From a virus (taxonomy: Duplodnaviria > Caudoviricetes): a DNA stretch of 64,000 bases. The stretch is taken from IMG/VR virus record IMGVR_UViG_2582581026_000003, positions 3,607 to 67,606 of that record. One strand, written 5' to 3'. Below are positions 48,209 to 56,821 of this stretch, one piece after another. A program made the position numbers and the translations under genes. Position 1 is the first letter of the stretch, and the number at the start of each line of letters is the position of its first letter. The notes under the pieces are model-generated. The model was given only the letters and a program-made list of their open reading frames with translations. It had not been told where the DNA came from and searched no databases.

Positions 48209-48625
48209 ATGAAGGTTCTAGGCTTGCTGATCCTCTCAGCAGTTTGCTTGGTCAGCTATCTGATTGGCAGCGGAACGAACGGTTTCGCCATGTTGGCAAC
48301 AATCGTTTTCTTTCCCTGCGCTCTGGCACTCTACTTCTACCCTACGATTTGTGCTGCTGGCGAGCATCCAAAGACCACGCCAATATTTGCGCTCAACCTG
48401 CTAGCGGGCTGGACTTTCATTGGCTGGATCGCCGCTTTTATTTGGGCCCTGAGTAAGCCAACCCCTATTGAGTTTGCGCGGGCATCCGGAATCCCGGAAG
48501 CGCCTCCCGGTGATGCCAGCACTTCTAGTGAGATGAAGGACTGCCCTTACTGCGCGGAAACCATCAAGGTGGCTGCTATCAAGTGCCGGTACTGCGGATC
48601 AGACCTGGATCAACAAACGACCTGA
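48209..48625 (+). CDS. Superinfection immunity protein (T4 Imm-like) with C-terminal zinc ribbon
   Basis: LYFYPTI..IFALNLLAGWTFIGWIAAFIWA; CPYCAETIK..CRYCG. Confidence 0.85.
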   Translation: MKVLGLLILSAVCLVSYLIGSGTNGFAMLATIVFFPCALALYFYPTICAAGEHPKTTPIFALNLLAGWTFIGWIAAFIWALSKPTPIEFARASGIPEAPPGDASTSSEMKDCPYCAETIKVAAIKCRYCGSDLDQQTT

Positions 48626-48687
48626 TCAACTCCCCCCCCCAGCAGCCCGCCATTGAGCGGGCTTTTTTTCGTCTCATGTATTTTTAT

Positions 48688-48780
48688 TAGCACAGCTATT
48701 TACTTTAAATAGCAGCACTGCTACTTTTATTTCCAGGCCGAGCAGCACTGGCCCAGCAGCGAAAGCCGCGCCGCTCTTTA
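48688..48780 (+). promoter_or_regulatory. OL operators, pL promoter and boxA
   Basis: TAGCACAGCTATTT (48688), TAGCAGCACTGCTA (48710); TTTACT-17-TACTTT; boxA CGCTCTTTA at 48772. Confidence 0.75.
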
Positions 48781-48988
48781 GCGACACACCTTGCCGGATC
48801 GATACCGGCCCAGATTCAAAGGCAGCGATGGACAGGCCTCAACAGTCCAGAGGGTTGGCAACTGACCCAGGCGTGCAGCGTAAAGCGCGAAATCAGTTAT
48901 CCAGCGGGCGAGTGCCGCGGCTGGAAGAACAACAGATCACGGACTCAGGCCGACGCCAGTAGCGGGCCTGAATTCGAAACAGAAGGAC

Positions 48989-49252
48989 TCAGCCAGGTCG
49001 CTTGCCGCTGCCGTAGCTTCCCGAAACCTTGTAGTGGCGAACCTGGCTGTACTTCGAGAGGGCGTGAACCTGCTCGATACGCAGCTGCTCTTGAAGCTCA
49101 CGTATCTGCCTGGTGTAGCTGCCCTGCTGACGATCGGAGGCCTCGGGCATCAACGCCTCCAGATCAGCAATCCTTTTTTCTAGTTTCGCGATGCGTTCCT
49201 TTGTGGTTGGAGCGCGCTTTTTGACTTTTTTATTTGCCTTCTCAGCCATCAC
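48989..49252 (-). CDS. Basic coiled-coil protein (antisense moron)
   Basis: 87 aa, Lys-rich N-terminus. Confidence 0.55.
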   Translation of the reverse strand: MMAEKANKKVKKRAPTTKERIAKLEKRIADLEALMPEASDRQQGSYTRQIRELQEQLRIEQVHALSKYSQVRHYKVSGSYGSGKRPG

Positions 49253-49304
49253 TCATCCCGTGTGCGGATCACCGACCGCAAGTCCATTTCAAAAGGCCAT
49301 CACG

Positions 49305-49514
49305 ATGTCTTACCTCGAGCACATTACAGAAGAAGCCGACCAATTCGAAGACCGAAAGGTGTTCCACCTTGGCTGGTCAGAACGCAACTGGCGCCACCTG
49401 ATGAAGCTTTATCGATACATCAACCGGTCCCGGGGCATGCGATCTAACCAGCACCCAGACAGTCGCTGTAGCTTCGTACCGACCAAGCGCAAGCGAAAGC
49501 GAGCCCAGCAGTAA
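49305..49514 (+). CDS. Small basic protein, first pL-sense ORF
   Basis: Arg/Lys-rich C-terminus KRKRKR. Confidence 0.5.
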   Translation: MSYLEHITEEADQFEDRKVFHLGWSERNWRHLMKLYRYINRSRGMRSNQHPDSRCSFVPTKRKRKRAQQ

Positions 49515-50060
49515 CAACCAGCGCCACGTCAGCCTGACGTTAACTGCCCGATCCCTTGAAAGAGGCTGCATCGGAATGTCGGCGGGTCATGAAAAAAGCA
49601 TCTCCAGAGCAATCGGATTGCGGCGAATACCCGGACGTCGATTGCAAAAAATGGTGTGGACCGACATTCCAATGCAGCTTCGATAGGTGGCCACTGCCTT
49701 TCCAGTGAGCGAGCAACGGAGGATCGAGCCATGAAGTAAGCCAGCGCTTCACCCTGCTCGGCGCAGCAAGCCTGAAGGCTGCGCCCAACACCTGACAGGC
49801 AGCGGACAGCAGGGTCGACGATGTCACCGCGCATCAGCCTCCGGGTAGGCCCAACCGAAACGAAGACGTGTACCGCAGGCGAGTCCGAGGGCATCAGCTG
49901 GCCAGACTCGACGCATCCCGGGCAGCGCCGGGCGCCTGCATCCCCTTCCCTTCAAATCGACCGCATCGGCAGGTGCCAGGCCAGTCTCAAGGCTGGGTTT
50001 GGTCACCCGCGCCTGGCATCTGGCCAATGCGATCGAATCACCGCCAACTTGGAGTCGACC

Positions 50061-50477
50061 ATGTCAGCACTACGCAAAGCCCAGTGGCTCTACGACAACG
50101 CCGAGCCTGAAGACGATTCAGAGCATCAAGAAACGATCCAGGCATGGATTGAAGACAAGGCCGAGCAGTTGATCGGTGGTGCTGACGTTCTGGTCCGCCA
50201 ACGCTCTGGCGCACCGGTGGGCATCCGCCAAGAGCAGTTCGTTGCCAAGGTCGCCGAGCACCTCAGGGCACTGCAGGAGGCCGAGCAAGACGACCTCAAC
50301 GCCTTGGCCCTCCTCCTGCTTCAAGCGGAAACAGGCGGCACCGTGAAGAACATGGTCGGGGAAGTCGTCGGCCAGAGCAACCACAGCCGCGGCAAGCTCT
50401 ACGAAATCGCCGAGTCGATCCTTGAGCAGTATGCGCAGGCCGGGGTCGAGGCGGATGCAGAGGATGCCGAGCTATGA
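50061..50477 (+). CDS. Hypothetical phage protein
   Basis: GGAG RBS; MSALRKAQWLYDNAEP. Confidence 0.75.
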   Translation: MSALRKAQWLYDNAEPEDDSEHQETIQAWIEDKAEQLIGGADVLVRQRSGAPVGIRQEQFVAKVAEHLRALQEAEQDDLNALALLLLQAETGGTVKNMVGEVVGQSNHSRGKLYEIAESILEQYAQAGVEADAEDAEL

Positions 50478-50662
50478 GCCCGCACGTTCTCATCGGTGAA
50501 GCTATTTCTCAGCTGGAGCAGTGCTACACGCTCCGCGCAGATAAGCGGCTCGAGGCGCTGATCGTGAATCACTTCACCGCCGGCACTCTCGATTCCGACG
50601 AGTTCAAACACTACTGCGAGCGCGTTCGCCGGGTTGCCGAGCGACGCAAGGAGGTCGCGTGA
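50474..50662 (+). CDS. Hypothetical phage protein
   Basis: Translationally coupled. Confidence 0.7.
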   Translation: MSPHVLIGEAISQLEQCYTLRADKRLEALIVNHFTAGTLDSDEFKHYCERVRRVAERRKEVA

Positions 50663-50880
50663 CTACTCCCGTTTTTCCAAGCCTGATTGACGAGCAGGTT
50701 GCCGAACTTCCATCCAGCCAATGCCTGCCACCTGATCGCGTCCTGATGCTGTTCAAGGGGCCGACTTTCGCCGCGGCAGTGCATGAAGCCAAGCTAGCCA
50801 GCATCGAGAACCCCGCCGCCTGGAACTGCCGGGCCTGCATCTGCGGTGAGTGGACGGTTGGGTATGAGGTGCGAGCATGA
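50659..50880 (+). CDS. Hypothetical phage protein
   Basis: Coupled; MTTPVFPSLIDEQ. Confidence 0.7.
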   Translation: MTTPVFPSLIDEQVAELPSSQCLPPDRVLMLFKGPTFAAAVHEAKLASIENPAAWNCRACICGEWTVGYEVRA

Positions 50881-51203
50881 GCTATTCGAGAGCTGACTAC
50901 TACACCGAAGGGCTGTCGGAAGCCTTCGACGAGCATGGCGTTACCGCCACGCCTGAGCAGATCCGTGCTATCGCCGAAGATGTTGTCGGCTGGGCGGAGA
51001 ACATCGGCATGGCTTTCCACGCGCCAGACAGCGATCCGCGTGAGAGCGAACTGGAAACCCTGCGCAAGCAACTGCAGCGCGAGCGCAACAAGGTCGCCTG
51101 CAGGACTTGCAAAGGCTCAGGCACATTGCACTTCTCCGGCCCCTATCACGGCTCGACGACCAACTGTCACAAGTGCAACGGCGAAGGCAGGCACGACCCA
51201 TGA
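50877..51203 (+). CDS. Protein with DnaJ-like CxxCxGxG zinc finger
   Basis: CRTCKGSG..CHKCNGEG. Confidence 0.7.
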   Translation: MSYSRADYYTEGLSEAFDEHGVTATPEQIRAIAEDVVGWAENIGMAFHAPDSDPRESELETLRKQLQRERNKVACRTCKGSGTLHFSGPYHGSTTNCHKCNGEGRHDP

Positions 51204-51316
51204 CCTGCTACCGGCGCGCCAAGCGCGTCGCCTTCTGGCGCGGCTCTGCCCTCACCCTTCTCGCCTGCACCGGCTTCATGCTAGCCAGCTCGCTGGCCGG
51301 CGCCATCACTCAGTAA
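51200..51316 (+). CDS. Small membrane peptide
   Basis: MTCYRRAKRVAFWRGS followed by a hydrophobic helix. Confidence 0.6.
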   Translation: MTCYRRAKRVAFWRGSALTLLACTGFMLASSLAGAITQ

Positions 51317-51360
51317 CCCTTTCATCAGCGCCCACCGCAGGGATGGCGCGGGAGATTCGT

Positions 51361-51681
51361 ATGCCTGAACAAAAGCACACACCCGGCCCATGGGTCGCTC
51401 GCCAAGTTGGCGGACTGGGCTTCCCTGGGCAAATCGGCTACGCGATCGACTTCAACGAAGATCAGGAGCAGGTAGTCGATTTCGTCTACGAGGAGGCCGA
51501 TGCAAAGCTTATTGCCCAGGCACCGAACCTTCTGGCGGACCTGATCACTGCCGCTGGCACGCTGCGGCATTACGAAGCGCTGCACCGAGCCAAGAACACA
51601 GACGACAGCCTCAAGAAGGCTGAGGTCAACGCCGAACTGGCATCCCGCTTCGAGCGCACGATCGCCAAAGCCACTTTCTGA
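51361..51681 (+). CDS. Hypothetical phage protein
   Basis: KHTPGPW..DAKLIAQAPNLL motif. Confidence 0.75.
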   Translation: MPEQKHTPGPWVARQVGGLGFPGQIGYAIDFNEDQEQVVDFVYEEADAKLIAQAPNLLADLITAAGTLRHYEALHRAKNTDDSLKKAEVNAELASRFERTIAKATF

Positions 51682-51738
51682 ATCACGCACCCGAGCACGG
51701 CGGGCCCTACGGGGATAACCGTATCCCTGAGTGGATCG

Positions 51739-51809
51739 TAAGCCGGTAAGAGCGCGCAACCATCACCGGCAGCCAGGGCGTCAACCGTACCTCCATGGCG
51801 TGACCTGGC
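51739..51809 (+). ncRNA. Putative two-stem cis RNA element in the early transcript (copy A)
   Basis: Same architecture as 38745-38825. Confidence 0.5.
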
Positions 51810-51861
51810 ATTCCCCTATTCCAACTGACGGCGCCGCTATGAGCTGCGCATGGAGCTATCA

Positions 51862-52602
51862 ATGTCCAGTACCAACATGCGCATCTGGGACCAGGTCGAC
51901 ACTACCGACCCCAGCGCCACAAAAAACTTCACGGGCATGGGCGGCTTCAAGGGCACCGCCATCAAACCAACCTACCTGATGCGCAAGGCGACTGAAGTGT
52001 TCGGGCCTTGCGGTGAGGGCTGGGGCTGGACCGTGCTTGAGGATCGCTTCGATGAAGGCGCCCCACTCCAAGCACCGACAAAAGAATGGCCGGACGCTCC
52101 CCGCATCAACGCGAAGCTGCACACATTGAAGATCGAACTCTGGTACCTGGGAAAAGAGGGCCAGAAGTGCACTGTTCAGCACTACGGTCACACGCCATTC
52201 GTCCTGCTTCAGCAAGGCAAGATCATCACCGACTGGGAGGCGGCCAAAAAGTCGCTCACTGATGCCATAGGTAAGTGCCTGCAGCCTCTCGGCTTCTCTG
52301 CAGACATCCACATGGGATTGTTCGACGATGCTGCCTACGTAGATGCCGTACGCGATGAGGTAGCAATCATCAAAGCCGAAGACAAAGTTGCTGAGGAGGA
52401 TCGCCAGAAGCAGGAGCGTCTGGATTACATCAGGTCGGTAGTTGAAACGATGCAAGGCGCCCAGTCTTTGCAAGAGGTCAAGAAGCTTCACGATCATGCA
52501 GTGCGCCGCCTGACCGCCCGCAATGACGATACCGCAATCAAGCGAATTGCAAAGGAGCTGCGCGACCTCGCGCCTAAATTCACACAGGAGACCGCGGCAT
52601 GA
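51862..52602 (+). CDS. Single-strand annealing protein (Sak/Rad52-like)
   Basis: ATEVFGPCGEGWGW, KKSLTDAIGK.L..LGFSADIHMG. Confidence 0.75.
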   Translation: MSSTNMRIWDQVDTTDPSATKNFTGMGGFKGTAIKPTYLMRKATEVFGPCGEGWGWTVLEDRFDEGAPLQAPTKEWPDAPRINAKLHTLKIELWYLGKEGQKCTVQHYGHTPFVLLQQGKIITDWEAAKKSLTDAIGKCLQPLGFSADIHMGLFDDAAYVDAVRDEVAIIKAEDKVAEEDRQKQERLDYIRSVVETMQGAQSLQEVKKLHDHAVRRLTARNDDTAIKRIAKELRDLAPKFTQETAA

Positions 52603-53162
52603 GCAGTCTCTACCCGCTCACCAAGCAGATGATGGAGTTGGCCGCCATGGCCGACACCGACGACGAAGGCCTGAAGCAGGCCATCCAAGACACCATGGAT
52701 GGAATCGAGGGCGAGTTCGGCGACAAGGCGGACAACATCGTCATGCTGCGCCGCAACATCGACGGCGAAGTCCTGGCTATTGAATCCGAGATCGAGCGCC
52801 TTACCGAACTCAAGAGAATCAAGGAGAACGCTGTCTCGAAGATTGGCGACTACCTGCGCCAAAACATGGAGGCGGCCAACATCAAGTCGATCAAGCGCCC
52901 GCTGTTCACTATCACGCTCGCCGCGGCACCTGAGAAGGTGATCGTCGACAAGCCGGACGACCTTCCCGATGACTTGGTCCGCGTGAAGGTGACGCAGGAC
53001 CCAGACAAGAAGGCTATCGCTGCCAAGCTAAAGGCCGACCGCGAGCACAACGAAGCCGTCCGTAAGCGCATGGCCGCTGGCGAAGACTGCGAACACGAAC
53101 TCATCCCTGACCCAGCCTGGGCCCACCTGGAGCGCGGAGAAAGCTCCATTCGGATCAAGTGA
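52599..53162 (+). CDS. Siphovirus Gp157-family protein
   Basis: Coiled coil, PDKKAI, AHLERGESSIRIK. Confidence 0.85.
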   Translation: MSSLYPLTKQMMELAAMADTDDEGLKQAIQDTMDGIEGEFGDKADNIVMLRRNIDGEVLAIESEIERLTELKRIKENAVSKIGDYLRQNMEAANIKSIKRPLFTITLAAAPEKVIVDKPDDLPDDLVRVKVTQDPDKKAIAAKLKADREHNEAVRKRMAAGEDCEHELIPDPAWAHLERGESSIRIK

Positions 53163-53169
53163 GGACGCC

Positions 53170-53718
53170 ATGATCGACAATCAAATCCTCGTCGGCGCCC
53201 AGCGCCAGGCAGAACTGGAGGCAGCGAAAGCTGCCTTCTTCGCATCTGGAGGCCAGGCCGTCGAACTGGCCGGCTTCACCTACAAGCCTCTGCCCTTCCG
53301 GCGGCACCCAGAGCCAGCCCAGAAGATCCCGAAGGGAGTTCAGCAAGGCGCGAGACAACAACGCTCCAAAGAGCGCGCAGCCCTGATCGCCGAAATGGCC
53401 AAAACGATGACCTGCCGGGAAGTCTCCCAGAAGCTTGGCATCCCACAGAACACCCTGTGGACGATGTCGCAGCGGGAAGACTTCACGTTTGCCCCGGGCT
53501 GCCAGGGTAAGCGGAAGACGCCATACACCGACGCAGCGGCAGACGCGAAGCTGGCAGAACGAATCACCGCCCTTCGGGATGTCGGCCTGACTCGCCACCA
53601 GGTGGAGAAGAGGATCGGTATCGGCAACGGGACGCTGGTTCGAATCCTTGAGGCCTTTCAGATCGATTTCCCGAAACGCGGTGAGCGACGCGAAGCCTCC
53701 AGCCGAGAAGCATCATGA
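53170..53718 (+). CDS. Protein with two HTH-like segments
   Basis: CREVSQKLGI and RHQVEKRIGIG motifs. Confidence 0.7.
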   Translation: MIDNQILVGAQRQAELEAAKAAFFASGGQAVELAGFTYKPLPFRRHPEPAQKIPKGVQQGARQQRSKERAALIAEMAKTMTCREVSQKLGIPQNTLWTMSQREDFTFAPGCQGKRKTPYTDAAADAKLAERITALRDVGLTRHQVEKRIGIGNGTLVRILEAFQIDFPKRGERREASSREAS

Positions 53719-53942
53719 AGGCTCGACGGCTCCGCCTCCTCTACCCCGCGGCCTATTACCAGGGCCGGGCTTGCCGCCAAGACGGAAAGTGCCGCCTCTC
53801 CCAGCCCTACGGAAACATGACCGTAGACGGCGGGTGGTGGCTTGCAGGCTGGCACGACACCGATATGGAGCTCACCCATGAAACTCAAACGAATGGCCCT
53901 GCAGCGCCACCAGCGCCGGGCACAGTTCCACTTGCCGCCTAG
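53715..53942 (+). CDS. Hypothetical protein
   Basis: AYYQG..PY..WWLAGW motif. Confidence 0.55.
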   Translation: MKARRLRLLYPAAYYQGRACRQDGKCRLSQPYGNMTVDGGWWLAGWHDTDMELTHETQTNGPAAPPAPGTVPLAA

Positions 53943-53962
53943 CGGATTGAAGGAGGTGGTCT

Positions 53963-54274
53963 ATGGCGATGGATCAGCAGCAGCGCGACGAGCGCCGCCG
54001 AGAGAAGGCAGCCAGGATGCAGGAAGAAGACCTGCGCTTGAAGGTTCGACCAGGGACTAAGCAGGCCCTGCTGGAGCTGATGGAGTGGGCTGGGATCGAG
54101 GAACAAGGCGAGGCGATGACGCTGATGATTCATCATTTGCATGGGCTGGGCCCAGGCGGCGCGCTGCCGCTACTTGAGCCGCCGCGCCACGAAATCACGG
54201 TGTCACCGACTGTGGTGCGGAAGCTTCAGCAGTTCAGGGAGCGCAAAGCGCTACGGATCTGCCACGAAGAGTGA
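53963..54274 (+). CDS. Hypothetical phage protein (module 1)
   Basis: AGGAGG RBS; distant homolog of 55103-55468. Confidence 0.75.
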   Translation: MAMDQQQRDERRREKAARMQEEDLRLKVRPGTKQALLELMEWAGIEEQGEAMTLMIHHLHGLGPGGALPLLEPPRHEITVSPTVVRKLQQFRERKALRICHEE

Positions 54275-54286
54275 ACAGCCGTTGAC

Positions 54287-54787
54287 TCAGGCAAACAAGC
54301 AGCCAGGGAATCGATTGCGAGAAATGACTTTCTCTTTGCCTGCAACGACGCCTTTGCGCCCCGAGGCATTGGTGTAGGCCCGCATGCTCTTCCCTTCCGG
54401 AACGGTCACCAGCACCTGGTAAACCTCCTCCTCCTGACCCGCGGATTTGATCCTGGCCTGAAGCATTTCAGTCATCTGCTCCATGTCGATGCAGCAGATC
54501 TCCTGGTCCTCCACGCAAACGAGACCGATGAAGATCTTCTTGTAGAACTCAGTGGAAAGCTCAATGGAGTCGAGTACATCCGACGAAAAGGTGAATTTGT
54601 ACTCCTTCGCCCCTCCCTTAGGCTCCTGGCTGTACTTCAAGAACAGGCAAGTATCTGCGTTGATTAGAAACGCGTTGTTGATTTTCTCGCCTTTGAGGCG
54701 AAGAGGATTGATTGCGGTGAAGTTGTCGTCCTCAGCAATCTGCATGAGGGCCGCGCCCAGGTTCTGATGTTCCGTACGAATTTTCAT
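54287..54787 (-). CDS. Antisense moron, possible PD-(D/E)XK-like fold
   Basis: 166 aa with its own promoter; alpha/beta pattern FLIN..LFLKYS..YKFTF..IGLVC. Confidence 0.7.
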   Translation of the reverse strand: MKIRTEHQNLGAALMQIAEDDNFTAINPLRLKGEKINNAFLINADTCLFLKYSQEPKGGAKEYKFTFSSDVLDSIELSTEFYKKIFIGLVCVEDQEICCIDMEQMTEMLQARIKSAGQEEEVYQVLVTVPEGKSMRAYTNASGRKGVVAGKEKVISRNRFPGCLFA

Positions 54788-54800
54788 TGAAACTCCCTAG

Positions 54801-54882
54801 CCCGGCCCCATGCCGGTCACCCGTAATACCCCATCCCAAACCAAATTGCCACCATGCCGTTCTGGCCACAGAGGGCGGCGCA
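54801..54882 (-). repeat. ~83-bp direct repeat copy 1 containing a sigma70-like antisense promoter
   Basis: Near-identical to 55979-56061; minus-strand TGGCAA-17-TATTAC. Confidence 0.9.
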
Positions 54883-55024
54883 CTGCCAACAGATCAAGGC
54901 CCTGGCCGGTACCGGCATCACCCGGAACAAAGCCGCGCAACAGATCGGCATCAGTTACAGCTACCTGGTTCGGCTGTTAACGGCTCACGGTATCGACTTC
55001 CCAGTCAGGGGCAGCCCGAAGTGA
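54883..55024 (+). pseudogene. C-terminal remnant homologous to 53170-53718
   Basis: QIKALAGTGITRNKAAQQIGIS..GIDFP versus RITALRDVGLTRHQVEKRIGIG..QIDFP. Confidence 0.7.
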
Positions 55025-55102
55025 AACGCATGAACCGCGTCCGGCACGGCCGGCGCCAGCAATGGATCAACCTGCCGCCCAGCGGCTTGAGAGGTATCGG
55101 CA

Positions 55103-55468
55103 ATGGCCGAGAAGAAGACAGGGGCAGCCAAGCACTCAGCGGACTACCGCGGCAGGAAGAAGGCCGAAGCAGAACGCTTTGGCATCGAGCGGATGCAGGT
55201 GGAGATGGCCGCCGGAACGCGGGAGGGAATGGCCGGAGCAATGAAGGCGCACGGCTACACCCAGTTGCAGGAGCTGCTACAGAACCTGCATCGGTCGTTC
55301 CTGGCAGCTTCGCCGGAAGAGCAGGCGCGCCGGCTGCAACAACCTAGCGCGCCAGCTTTTGAGATATCGCCAAAGCTAGCGCGACAGCTTGAACAAGCCA
55401 GCCGGGTCGAGCTGAAGCGTGATCCGGGGGATGAGATCATTCCTCCGGATGGGGCCCGGTGTATATAG
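55103..55468 (+). CDS. Hypothetical phage protein (module 2)
   Basis: Homologous position and motifs (GT..A..M, EISP.L.RQL) to 53963-54274. Confidence 0.7.
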   Translation: MAEKKTGAAKHSADYRGRKKAEAERFGIERMQVEMAAGTREGMAGAMKAHGYTQLQELLQNLHRSFLAASPEEQARRLQQPSAPAFEISPKLARQLEQASRVELKRDPGDEIIPPDGARCI

Positions 55469-55967
55469 CGTGCTCCGGAACACTTGAATGAATTATAAGT
55501 AACGACTTCATCCTGGACTGAATATCAGGATCGTTGGCAACCGAGCCTGCCCACCTATCCACAGCGTCAGCCATCTCAAGGCAAAAAAGATCCACTTGGA
55601 GCTGAAGAGTGTTGTCTATCAAGTTCTTGTGAACCACAGAGCCTGGGATCGGAGAAACAAAGTGGAAATTGTCCAGCGCCTTTTGCGCAGCCTGACCGGA
55701 GATATCACTACCTCCTTCATGAAGGTAGCTGCACCTTAGTGCGTAGCAGTCATCTCCACTCAGGAAGCAACGGACACCTCTAGACATTTCAAAGGTGTAG
55801 GCCGGAGCCAGCCACTGCTGAAACCATGCTGGATAACGAACAGAGCTCTTCTTTTCTGGGGTTGCCAGCCTGCCGCACACATCTGGGAGGGTAAGCGCCG
55901 ATGTTAGGGCGGTGTACCAATCTCGATTACGAACTGACGAGCGCAGGCTTTCCGTAAATCGCTTCAT
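55437..55967 (-). CDS. HEPN-like protein (antisense moron)
   Basis: ALTLPDVCG helix and RxxxxH motif (YALRCSYLHEG). Confidence 0.7.
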   Translation of the reverse strand: MKRFTESLRSSVRNRDWYTALTSALTLPDVCGRLATPEKKSSVRYPAWFQQWLAPAYTFEMSRGVRCFLSGDDCYALRCSYLHEGGSDISGQAAQKALDNFHFVSPIPGSVVHKNLIDNTLQLQVDLFCLEMADAVDRWAGSVANDPDIQSRMKSLLIIHSSVPEHAIYTGPHPEE

Positions 55968-55978
55968 TCATTAGCTCC

Positions 55979-56061
55979 CCCGGCCCCATGCCGGTCACCC
56001 GTAATACCCCATCCAAAACCAAATTGCCACCATGCCGCATCCGGCCACGGAGGGCGGCGCA
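55979..56061 (-). repeat. ~83-bp direct repeat copy 2 containing the antisense promoter
   Basis: See 54801-54882. Confidence 0.9.
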
Positions 56062-56076
56062 TGCATGGAGAAAGCC

Positions 56077-56712
56077 ATGAGCCAGTTCTACCTGCAGGAC
56101 AGTCGCAGCCACGTCGGCGACGGCCTGACCTTCTGGGCCAAAGAGGGGCGCGGCTACGTGACGAACCTGGACCAGGCCGAGGTATTTAGCTTTGAGCAAG
56201 CCACCCGGCACCGCGACACCGACATCCCATGGCCGAAGGAGCACATCGACGAGCACGCTCACTGGGGAGTCGACTGCCAGCTCATGAACGAGAAGGTCAA
56301 CGCTGCGGTGCTGATTCCTGGGTGCTTCGTGCACGTACAATTCCCGGGCGAATGGAACGGCAACGACGTCTACTGGATCGGTGACGAAGGTCAGCTGACA
56401 ACGAATGTCGGCGCTGCAGCCAGGCTGATCCTTGAGCAGGCCGCCGAGCGCTATGCCGAGGCCATCAAGGCAGACGCCGGAATACTCTGGGCGGCCGACT
56501 ACATCGACACGATCCGCCGGCGCCTGGTGCACCGACGGAACGTCAACCACAAGGTGGCCCTACGCGCTGCCGGTGTCGAGTTGCCGAAGCCTCCCAAGAT
56601 ACGCAAGCGCCGCGAGCCCCCGTTGAACTGCCACGGCTGCGGTCGCTTTGTCAGCTGGGACGGCCGATTCCTAGATGACTGCCGCAACTGCGGAGCGAAT
56701 AACTGCCCATGA
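56077..56712 (+). CDS. Hypothetical phage protein with C-terminal zinc ribbon
   Basis: FYLQDSR..GDGLTFW; CHGCG..CRNCG. Confidence 0.75.
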   Translation: MSQFYLQDSRSHVGDGLTFWAKEGRGYVTNLDQAEVFSFEQATRHRDTDIPWPKEHIDEHAHWGVDCQLMNEKVNAAVLIPGCFVHVQFPGEWNGNDVYWIGDEGQLTTNVGAAARLILEQAAERYAEAIKADAGILWAADYIDTIRRRLVHRRNVNHKVALRAAGVELPKPPKIRKRREPPLNCHGCGRFVSWDGRFLDDCRNCGANNCP

Positions 56713-56713
56713 T

Positions 56714-56821
56714 TCATGCGCCGACTCCAGGCATTAAGAGCAGCATCACCATAGGTGTGACATTGCGGCAAACAATGGACAGCTTAACCAGCGCGTCCAA
56801 GATGAAAGTGATTATTTGCAT
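56714..56821 (-). CDS. 35-aa hydrophobic antisense peptide
   Basis: MQIITFILDALVKLSIVCRNVTPMVMLLLMPGVGA with GGAG upstream. Confidence 0.4.
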   Translation of the reverse strand: MQIITFILDALVKLSIVCRNVTPMVMLLLMPGVGA

